64,000 nucleotides of DNA from positions 149,959 through 213,958 of the forward strand of contig NW_003314426.1 of NCBI RefSeq assembly GCF_000143415.4. The letters are read 5' to 3'. Numbering within the stretch: position 1 is the stretch's first letter; every line of letters begins with the position of its first letter. The translations under genes and the position numbers were made by a program. The notes beneath the pieces are model-generated. The model made no database searches. It worked only from the letters and a program-made list of their open reading frames with translations, and had not been told where the DNA came from. Of the stretch, positions 1-9,738 are shown piece after piece. Source of the DNA: Selaginella moellendorffii. Taxonomy: Eukaryota; Plantae; Lycopodiophyta.

Positions 1-704
1 CAATTTTGGACTTGGTTAATTCACAGACCCGTAAGGTCCTACTTGTGAGGCCCTAGCTCACTGGAATACACTTCTTGCATTCCTGTCCTACTCAAAAGGA
101 CTATTTTCACAAGTGTTACTTCGACACTTGATTTTGTTCTCTGGGGGCAACCTTTGCCCCTTAGGACTACTTGTCCATGTGATGAGAACACCAACTCATC
201 CACTTAATACACCCCCAACTCCTTGGGTTGTTCCAGCATTTATTAGAGGTAGCCCCGGCTACCTTTTCAAGGACTGGAGTCCTCTTCCGTATTTGACCTC
301 CCACGGTCATTACTTCTGGTCTCACATTCATGAGCACCAACCTCAACTATATGAGGAAAATCTTGTGACTCCTTTATTGCTTTGGAGTCTTTATCTTTCC
401 CGTGATCCCAACTGTAGTTGTTTGCCACAACTACATTAGCCAGTTTGCTAAGTCAAACGCTCATCTGGATCACATCCTCAACTCTTTGTGGAAAACCATA
501 TACTGTTCCCAAGATCCCAAAGTCGTTCCATTATTGGCCCTTTTCTATCCACCACCTCGTCTACAAGTTCACACATGAACTGTAATGGAGAGCCATGTCT
601 TCCCGACTTGCTACTCCTCAAGGATAGGCCCACTCCTCGGGCCTTCCGATGCCAACACTAGTGGTAATATACTTGAGCACCAATAAAAGTCGGACTAAGG
701 AACA

Positions 705-716
705 GCTCCGATACCA
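705..716 (-). promoter_or_regulatory. Primer-binding site (initiator tRNA-Met)
   Basis: TGGTATCGGAGC on the minus strand, adjacent to the LTR end. Confidence 0.85.
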
Positions 717-1721
717 AATTGTAAACGACTAAATTTTCCATTCTACTTTAGTCACTTAACCACACCTCTGACCACTTGGAGGAGTCTCATTCACAACCTC
801 CATGAGTCCAATCTAGGACTTGGGACTTGCTAGCCCCGAGAATGGCATCCATGCCACTCAACATTTGCACTTGGTCCAAGTGCACCACGTGTCCGATCCC
901 ATGACCGACACTCAAAGGTACCACCGACATAGCAGCCCGTTACGCTAAGGCCATGCCCAATCACCTTTGCCACACTGGTAGTCCAATACCACTTGCATCA
1001 CCGTCTTGGCTCTCCAAGACTAGGCAAACCATCCGTGAGTGGTCATCTCAGATCCACTCCTTAGCATCCTTAGGATGCCCACCGACAACGGGAATAGCCT
1101 TCCCCAATATCCCTCTGTCAGTCCCCACTAAGTCCCTTTCTGCCCCTGGCCGTGTTTGCCAACACTGCCACTGGATCGAGACCCACAGGCCCGACCACTA
1201 AGTCCCACGGTCCTCTGGGACTTCCTCACCACACGACTGTGTCCTTGGTCACTACCCCAGAGGATTGCTCCTCTTCCTTTCCACAGTCTGGGCCTTTGGG
1301 ACAACATTTCGGAACACCGTGGCCTTACGCGAGCCACCTGGGTACTCTCCTCGCCTTCTGCCCTTGGGTGCTCTAGCTATGGGCTTAGAGCGGGTTCCGT
1401 TGAGCCACACCAGGTATCCAAGTAGGTAGTGCCACCCCCACTTGGACTGGGAGCATCGGCCAGTCGATCTCCCAGGGGAACTAGAGCCGGCTCTTGAACA
1501 CTTCACCAAGCTACCCTGCTTGTCGGTCTGTGTTCACTCTAGTCTTGGACTTCCCAGTGGGCAGCTCATCACCCAACACTGGGTCCGGCCTTCCTGGGCC
1601 AAACTGGCCTTTCCTGGCCAAACTGGCTCCACTGCAGTCCTCCCCCTACTATACTTTTGGAGCTCACCAAACCCCCCAGGGTCTGGGAGACGAACGCTTT
1701 GGGCTTTCACCCTCTCAGGCT

Positions 1722-2135
1722 CCGGACTCGGACTCGGACTCGGACTCGGACTCGGACTCGGATTCGGACTTGGATTCGGACTCGGACTCGGGCTCGGGCT
1801 CGGTCTCGGCCTCGGCCTCGGTCTCGGTCTCGGTCCTGATCTCGGTCTCGGTCTCGGTCTCGGTCCCGGTCTCGGTCTCGACTTCGGACTCCATCTCGGA
1901 CTCCATCTCGGACTCCATCTCGGACTCCATCTCGGGTCCACCTCGGACTCCACTTCGAACTCCATCTCGGACTCCATCTCGGGTCCGTCTCGGACTCCAC
2001 TTCGGACTCCAACTCGGGTCCATCTCGGACTCCACTTCGGACTCCAACTCGGGTCCATCTCGGACTCCACTTCGGACTCCAACTCGGGTCCATCTCGGAC
2101 TCCACTTCGGACTCCAACTCGAGTCCATCTCGGAC
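1722..2135. repeat. Hexamer minisatellite (GGACTC/GGTCTC)n with 12- and 30-bp higher-order units, inside the LTR
   Basis: Directly visible tandem array; it explains the overlapping low-complexity ORFs. Confidence 0.95.
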
Positions 2136-3109
2136 ACTCCCACGTGTCATGTGTTGGTCCTTTTGGGTCCCTTTTTGGAGCCTCGCCTTTTGCTCGCTTC
2201 GTGCTCGTTCCTTGAGCACTTCGTTGGGAGTTCCACTCCCGCTCTTGACTTTTCAAGTCGGAGCTTTTGGTCCAAACGTGTTACGCTCGTTTGGCTCTCG
2301 CTTCGGCCACTACCATGTGGCGCCCTTCCGGCTCCACTTTGGGGCCTAGGGATTTTGTGTCTCACAAAATGCCCCTGAAACATTGTAAGGCTCGTGTGGT
2401 CTCATGTGGTGTCCGATCGAGATGCTTCTTTGCAGGGTCATCAAGAAAGACATTGTATACCATTCTGTAAAATCTAGTTGCGATCTAACGGTTGGATCTC
2501 CAGAAAACTCAAAAAAATCTCGCGCGTGTCAGAATATCCTAGGAATATACTCCTATGTGCCCCTGAAAATGGCATACGGCCCCACGCCATTCAAGAGATA
2601 ATGCCAGATGACGCCGAGAATTTTTTGGTGCATTTTTTGGGTTCAAAATTGCATGAGCCCACACGCTATAAAGTTTATCTTTGCCAAATAGAGAAAAGTT
2701 TATCTGTGTCATATGAGGTAGTTACAGTCCTTTGTGCTCGGCATCTGCCTCTTGCAGCATTTGCACTGAAAGGGAATTTTTCTCCATTCAGCATTTGGCC
2801 CTGAAAATGGCATGCGCCCACACGCCATTGAAGGAATAACGCCACAGGACGCCTGGATTTTTGGGTTTAAAATGTTTAGGGTTTTTTGGGTTTTTTCAAA
2901 ATATTTTGGGTCCAACGTTTTTTGGGTTTCTTTGGTTCAAAATTGCATGAGCCCACACGCTATAATATTGATTTGAGAGAAAAATAGAAACAGATAGAAT
3001 TTCTTTATTTAGCTGAACATCTGCCATTTTTGGAAATACAAGATGCTTTGGAATATCCAATCATGCATGGTATAAATATAGCGAGGGTATTAAATGATAT
3101 CCCAATCAT

Positions 3110-3490
3110 GATCTTTCTTTTGGATTTCGCGTGCATGCAATCCGAGGAATGATGACGTTGCGGATTTCTTTTGGATTTTGCGTGCTTGCATGCGCGCGAC
3201 AATCCAGAAATTAATGGTGGCGCCCAAGTCCGAGGAATGATGACGTGGCAGGATTACCAACCGTTGTGACATTTCGCGCGTGTGAGGTTAGGTTTTGCAT
3301 TTTGCTTTGTACTCGCGCTCACACACTCGCGCTCGCGCTCGCATCACACTCGCGCTCCCGCTCGCATCGCGCTCCCACTCGCGATCACGCTCACTTCTCT
3401 ACAGGTTTCTCGTGTGCATCGGCGTCCACTCGCGCTTGCATCACACTCGCGCTCGCATCGCGCTCGTGTGCATCGGCGTCCACTTCAAGA
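3110..3490. repeat. CpG-rich upstream repeats (TCCGAGGAATGATGACGT x2; CACTCGCGCTCGCATC-type units), probable promoter region of the element gene
   Basis: Visible direct repeats 200-600 bp upstream of the ATG at 3693. Confidence 0.55.
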
Positions 3491-3692
3491 CACACCCAGT
3501 TTGTAACTTCGCCGCCAACTCCACCGCCCACTCCGCCACCCACACGCAGCCCACTTGGCGTCCCGGGAGATTTCAGCGCCACTCTCCAACTGTAAGTGGC
3601 AGAGTAGCCTTGCTGCTACGATCCGCTGCACACACAGTGCACATTCGCCAGCGAGTCCGGCCTCGATTGTCACGGCCTCCATTCGGCTTCAA

Positions 3693-6600
3693 ATGGTAAG
3701 TCTTTTAGACGAAGTAGAAAATGGCATGAGGCCACATGCCATTCAGTAGCAACATTGGCATGCACCGATTGGGCTCTCGAGTGCAGTCCGGTTACAGATG
3801 GCGTGTAGCCTCACGCCATCTTAGGATGCAGCCTCAAGACATCTGATGCAGTGGTGAATGGCGTGTGGCCTCACGTTATTTCCAGCTGCTAGCTTTTCAT
3901 CTGTCAGCTCTAATTGTTGTGCATTTCTGAACAGGCGAGGAATTGCGTTCTTCTTCCAGCCACTGTCAATGTGGATGCAGAGAAGGGGGAGGAGCTCACC
4001 AGTTGGACTTTCGGGATGGAAGGCGAGGATCTGATGCTGTACAACACAGATGGTGGGAGAAAAGAATGCATGGGGATCCTCATCCAAGTGACAGACACTC
4101 CATGCAGTTCCATGCAAGAATATGGACTGGCACTTATGGTAGAGACAGCGTCCGCCTTCAAGATCCACCTTGCACATCCTAGCGGCTTCCCGGAGGGGGG
4201 CAGCGGCTATGAGGAATTCCTAGAGGGAGCTAGGGAGAGGTTGTCCAGGAGGCCCACAATTTCAAAGACGCTGCGGGTCTATGAAGATCACATGGAATCC
4301 ACGGACCTCACCTACGGCGATGTTCAAAAACTATATTCCAACATTGAGCCGTTGAGAGTGCCTCCAGTTTGCGAAGCGAAGGGGAAGGGGGTCAATCTGG
4401 AAACTACCCCGAAGCAGAAAAGGGTGGTCAAGCTCAAGCCGACGTCCGACTCTGCTGCTCCAAAAAAGAAGCTACTCGGTGATGCCATTGCCTCGGGTTC
4501 GAACACTACACCCACCAAAAAGAAGAGCCGCAAAGAGCAGAAAGAGCAAGAAGAGGCAGCAAAAATCGTCGCAGATAATAGTACTTGTTACTATTCCAAC
4601 AAAGTATATACAATCGACGTGAGCCGTATTGAGATCCAAAGCAAATACAACCACAGGCTAGTATCTGATGAGTGGGTGGAGAAACTGAAGCAGAAGATGC
4701 TGGCAAGTCCAGTAACACCCGACATCGCAGACGTGATCCCCTACTACCGAACAATGAAGGGCAAGACGAGGTTTCCAGACTTGATCAATAGGAAGGTGTT
4801 GGACGATCAGAACATCCGGTTCTATGCCGTCTCCGGGCAGCATTCTAGCTTGGCGATGCAACAGATAGTTGTGGATATTATGGTGGGCGAGGAGGTGAAG
4901 AAAGTCTTCAAGACAAGAGTTGTCCGCCTGATAAAAGGCAACTCGCCCCTCTGATCTATCATATACATCTCCCACGCGCAGAATGTCAAGCAAGAAACGT
5001 GCTACAAATCGGGTCTGCACGAGACATTGGCACGAACACGGAAGCTCTGGGTTCAACTGAAGAAGCCACAAAAACCAGGACAAGGACGTGCACTAGCAAC
5101 TAGCGCCTGGCAGGTAAGCCTTGTTGCATGTGGCATAGCATGTGGCCTCACGCCATTTCCATTGCAGGAATTCTCGAGTCTTCTCTCGAAAACACTGGGG
5201 GTCAATGACACACTCAGCATCCATAACATTCTACTCACGACAAAAGTTGTTTTTGACAAATGGGTAGATGTGCTAAGGAGGTACCATGACGGGGAGTTGC
5301 TAAACTCAATGGGTGTGGAGGACGGCCGGAAGCCCAATGATTTGAAGCTCAATGCCTTGCGTTTCTCGCGGTCTCTAGACGACGACGACCTTCTGACAGT
5401 GGCTAATGCTCTTCTACGTGGTGAGGTAGTCTTCAACAAGACCAAAATGACTCCCGGCCATATTGTGACATACGAGGACTTGTGCACGACTCTGAGAGCT
5501 CGTGCGCTATTGAAGGATTGGATCTTCGAGCAAGTGGCCGTGGCGAGGGTGAGCATCGACACCACGCAAGAGATGATGGAAGAGCTGGAGTTGTCAAATG
5601 AAGACATCGACGAGTACGTGAAGGGGGCCCCCAAGTTCATCGATCTGCTGCGGGATGCCACGAAAAGTAAAGCTGAGAAGTTGGATCAGTATCCAAATTT
5701 CATTAAGAGGGATGTCGACCGCCGGCTTCAGAAACAGCTCGACCCCGCAGCAGAGGCCTATCGAGAACCTTACCGGGTATACGTGAATTCGGATGAGGAT
5801 CAAAGGTGGAGGAGCATCGTTTCCCGCGGAGATGAGCAGGTCAAGAACATCTTTTGTGTGATGGACTTCACAAACGAGGAGATCACTCATGCAGACGAAG
5901 TCAGCTCCATCATTGACTTAATGGTGGGACTTGCAGAGGTGGAATCTTCAGTCCACTATATGATCTACGACTCCGAATCCTATCACAAGTTCTGGAAGGC
6001 CTTGAACGAGGTGAAGGCTCGGTTGAAAGGCAAGGAGATGCGGGAGATCCATGGGATAATGGCTAAGAAGAAGATACCGACGAATGTCCGCATCTTCACA
6101 GTCGCCCTTGTTATTGGTCCTGCAGCAGAGTGGGACTGGAGTGACTTCCCAGCTTCGTTCAACAAAGCCGATCGAATTGATCTGAGGGAGGTCAATTTAC
6201 CCGTGCCTGAGGAACTGAAGACGGCTATGGAGCTTTCGAATCCAAAGAAAGCTCCAGGTGCAGCATGGGAAATGCTCAGCTGGGTCTTCAACGCAATAGC
6301 GGGTGACTCCAAGGGCAAATGCGTTGTCGAGTACAACTGCGGCGGACTATTCTTTCGAGCCGCACTACTCAAGGGTGTCCCGTGTGTTGCGGTGACAAAC
6401 TCCATTGAAGAGGTGACTTCAATGGAGCATATAATTACAGTTGCCAAAGAAAAACAGTATCTTCTCTACGAACTTGGTGAGTACGCACTTTAAGTTTAAA
6501 TGTTATCTCACAAGCTCTGTATGCAGGAGCGTGGCCACCCCCAGATGCTGAAACGGCGTTAACAGCTACTGATGTTAGGCCGAGGTCACAACCTGCACAA

Positions 6601-8420
6601 GGTAAGGTCACGTGAGGCCTCACGCCATTTTGATTATAGATCGTTGTGAATATTCAGACACGAGGACTGAAAAGCGCACTGGTTGCGCGTCGAAGAAGGA
6701 CAAACAGACAAGCAATAGGAAAAAAGGAGGTACAAATTATATTTGCAATGGCGTGTGGTCTCATGCCATTCCTTGCAGGAGACACTTCTTCAAAGGCAAA
6801 ACAGGCAAGCACCAGCCAAACTCAAACTGACAGTGGTCATAAAAAGCAAAAGCACGTTGGACAGTCGTCGGGATCAGAGGCGTTTGATTCGAAAAGGAAG
6901 AAGGGCAACGAAAAGATGATAGGTAATGCCTCGCGGTTATGGCGTGTGTGCTCATGCCATTCATTGCAGATCAAGGGCTGAGTGAAAGGAGCCAGTCACC
7001 ACCTTCTGACTCAGATTCCTATGGCGGACTCCCCTTCCCCAATCTCAATGGAGAGGTACAATGGATGAGGGATGCTTTTCAAGTCAGGGCCACGTTTTTC
7101 TCATCTCGTCGTCTTCGAAGGGTGCAAGAACGTGCAGAAACCATGTTAAGACAGTCGGGTGAGGATACGGTCCTAGGTCACGCACTAAAACAGGCTATGG
7201 ATGTCTTGTATTTTGAGATGGAGACTCGGCCAGATGATTTTTCCAAGATGGTCCTGGAAAAACAAGCAATCCAGCCTGAGCAGCCTATGGAAGAAATGCA
7301 AGAGGGGGATGAGGAGCCAGAGAAAGATAATGAGCAGGAAGAGCAGAAGGACAAAGAGGAGGACAAAGAAAAGGAGGACGAAGAAGAGGAGGATGAAGAA
7401 GAGGAGGACGAAGAGGACTTGGATGGTCCTCACAATGGTGACGATCACAATAACGACGATGACGATGATGACGACGATGGCCAGCCTGAGGTGGCCAAAG
7501 AGCAGCGGAGGAAGGTCATACAAGACAAACCATCAGGTAAATAATAGTACATCCATTCCTAACCTTTTACCATTTCTAACATTGTCCATGTAGGTCGCAG
7601 AAGAAATGGTAAGTAGAGATTATTCAGTTGAATTAAGATACAAACTCTAGCCTTTAGTGTCGAGGAAGGATAGTGCCAAGCAAGGGTCGAAACGTATGTC
7701 CAATCCTTCAGAATCAGCAGTGCGCCCAAGTGATATCGGTCCTAGTTCCTCAATAGCAGTTGATGGTAAATACAATATAGTCGATTCAATGTGCTAATGA
7801 GTTTGTTTTTAGTAGCACGGGAGGATACCATCTCAATCGAAGGGAGATATTTGGACATGCATATGGATCTGCCAGTGGACTCTACTTGCCTGCAAGAGTC
7901 ATCAGAGCTGGTGGAGGCTACTATCCATATCAACGCCAAGCAAGCTGACCACGCTCCACTTGATGCTGCCCATACCACTGAGTCAATCTTGTCCACGTAT
8001 CCAACTGACGGTGACCAGGCGCCATTGGACCCGCATGAGGCCGCCCCAGCTGCCGAGCCGGTCGTATCCTCATTTCCAACGTGTGCCCAATTGTCTAACT
8101 ACGCGCCGTTGGAACCTCCCTACACCGCCCCTGCTGCCTGTTCGGTCATGTCCACTTTGCCAACGGAGGCACCAGCTGAAATGGCGTGTGATCACACGCC
8201 ATCGGAACCACCCCATGCCACTGTTGAGCCAGTTGTACCAGAGTCTACAGCTGAAATGGCATGTGCCCACACGCCATCGGATGCGATTGACCCCACATTG
8301 CAGAGGAGAGTATTTCCGCCCTTCACGTTTCCTCGACCAAAACCCTCTAAACGACCATCGGGAGCACCATTCGCTAATATTGTAGATGGTAAAATTGACT
8401 TGTACCATTTTTTATGCTGA
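3693..8420 (+). pseudogene. Multi-exon gene: ParB/Srx-like domain, degenerate N6A/N4C methyltransferase-like region, basic/acidic low-complexity tail; one premature stop at 4952-4954
   Basis: ATG at 3693-3695, then GT-AG introns 3696-3934, 5114-5167, 6477-6526, 6602-6657, 6730-6778, 6923-6969, 7537-7593 and further short ones; splicing these keeps a single frame. ORFs 3914-4954 and 5027-6493 are in the same frame, separated only by one TGA. ParB-like: VYTIDVSRIEIQSKYNHRLVSDEWVEKLKQKM...FYAVSGQHSSLAMQQ. MTase-like: MLSWVFNAIAGDSKGKCVVEYNCGGLFFRAALLKGVPCVAV. The 3' end of the gene is uncertain. Confidence 0.65.
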
Positions 8421-9297
8421 CGCATTTCATTTCAAAGTCACGGCGAAAGTACTGTATCGTTTTTGATCTGAACGGTGTCCTTTTCTCCCATGAGCGTGGC
8501 TCGTCCTCGAATGTCACTGCACCCTCCAAAGCCTGCGGTCGCAAGTTGGTCAAAAGAGACAGATTCACATTAATCACACGGGAGAAACTGCGGGATCTAA
8601 TAATGACCATGCGACACTTAAACAGAGGGCCGGGTTCAATTTGCAATTGGGAGTTTGGACATCCATGATGCGCCACAATGCATTAACGTTGCTACAGATG
8701 ATGCACGATCAGACGCGAGTAATATTACCATTTGACTTTCTCCTAACGCAGGAGGATTGCTTGACTATGGTCCATGTGAGGGGTAGCAAGCCCATCTTCG
8801 TCAAGGCAGAGGCTGTAGTGATGAACCAGACTGCTAGGTCAAGTGAAATCCTCATCATCGATGACTCGCCGATTAAAACAGCAGCGAACACGCACACATA
8901 TGCAGTGCACCCCATCTCTTGCAGTATGGAAACTAGGGAGAAGAAACCGTATGTTTTGGGGGACCTTGCAAAACGGCTTGAAGCGATGGTGATAGAGAAC
9001 CGGCCAGTCCAGGAGGTGGCTGCAGAAATCAACCAAATGGCAGATGGAACGGTATATCAGAAGCCATTTGATCGGACAGACACCAGTCATCATTTATGGC
9101 ATGTATATTGTCTAGCCAAGCACTATCCGCATCTCCATAATCTGCTCAACCGGATGGGTTCTTCGACCACTGAACATGAGCGTGGACGTATTAGAGAAGA
9201 GATGGCATTACTATTGGGTTTAAATCCTGATAGTGTGGAGAGTGATGAAATTCCAAGATTATTGTATAGGCGTTGGAGGCAAAAAATAACAGTCTGA
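8414..9297 (+). pseudogene. FCP1/NIF-family HAD phosphatase-like gene, frameshifted in this copy
   Basis: Motifs YCIVFDLNGVL, GVWTS and ILIIDDSPIK. A 1-bp deletion near 8620 (CACTTAAACAG versus CACTTAAAACAG) relative to the intact 294-aa ORF at 61840-62724. Confidence 0.85.
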
Positions 9298-9674
9298 GAT
9301 GGCATGTATTTATTTAAAAATGTAACTTATTATGGCATGGGGTTCCATGCCATTGTATTAATATTAAAAGACAATTCTTTGAGAGGATTTGCATTATACT
9401 AGAAGTGTTACAGCATGTTATTGGAAGTCTACGAAGTTGTTTTATTAAAAAGGGGAAAGTAAAGATTGAATGGGGACTTGGGCTCCACCTAGACTCGGAG
9501 CAACTGAGCCAATATTAAAAGGATGGAAAGAAATTGGACGACGATGACAAGGAGAAGAGAGAGGTGAAGCAGTGGCAGGGGGAGGAGAAGTGATTGAGTA
9601 GACATTTCCTTGTTTAAAATAAAATGGCATGTGCCTCAATGCAGTTGAATTTTGTTATATTTATATACTATATA

Positions 9675-9738
9675 AAGGTTTGGAAACCTTATTTTACAAG
9701 TGGGATAATGACAATTCCCATTTTAACGAAATAGAGCT
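9675..9738 (+). other. Element terminus with two subterminal hairpins
   Basis: AAGGTTT-GG-AAACCTT (9675-9690) and AAGTGGGA-N10-TCCCA(T/C)TT (9698-9723; perfect stem in copy 2), 15 nt before the terminal ...GAGCT. Confidence 0.7.

Larger units (their letters stand above)
1..2366 (-). mobile_element. 5' part of an LTR retroelement (5' LTR 720-2366, PBS, start of internal region running out of the window to the left)
   Basis: GCTCCGATACCA at 705-716 is the reverse complement of the tRNA-Met(i) PBS TGGTATCGGAGC, 3 nt from the TG..CA-bounded segment 720 (TGTAAACG) to 2366 (GTCTCACA). It shares the motif GGGTGAAAGCCCAAAGCGT and the CCGAGT hexamer arrays with the LTR at 14200-15324. Confidence 0.75.
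2569..9645. repeat. Dispersed 22-bp palindrome family ATGGCRTG-N6-CAYGCCAT (about 15 copies in element copy 1)
   Basis: Copies start at 2569, 2648, 2807, 2942, 3721, 3798, 3858, 5135, 6607, 6748, 6939, 8181, 8256, 9332 and (degenerate) 9624; the spacer is always 6 nt. Confidence 0.92.
2367..9738 (+). mobile_element. Unclassified mobile element, copy 1 (ParB-like/MTase-like gene, FCP1-like phosphatase, dispersed palindromes); left end interrupted by an LTR
   Basis: About 7153-9738 is near-identical to the reverse complement of 61399-64000. Identity stops sharply at ...AACGAAATAGAGCT(T), where copy 1 runs into the middle of a gypsy gag and copy 2 into the middle of a different gypsy RT. Confidence 0.85.

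Noticed and set aside
1442-2378. Several overlapping long ORFs (poly-GL, SD, RD, PR)
   Set aside because: Artefacts of the stop-free hexamer array inside an LTR; the same applies to 14251-14560.
7185-7593. Hydrophobic and basic ORFs in alternative frames (also 63545-63968)
   Set aside because: Shadow frames of the Glu/Asp-rich exon.
2569-9645. CRISPR-like reading of the palindromic repeats
   Set aside because: Spacing is irregular (tens to thousands of bp), copies lie in introns and exons, and there are no cas genes.
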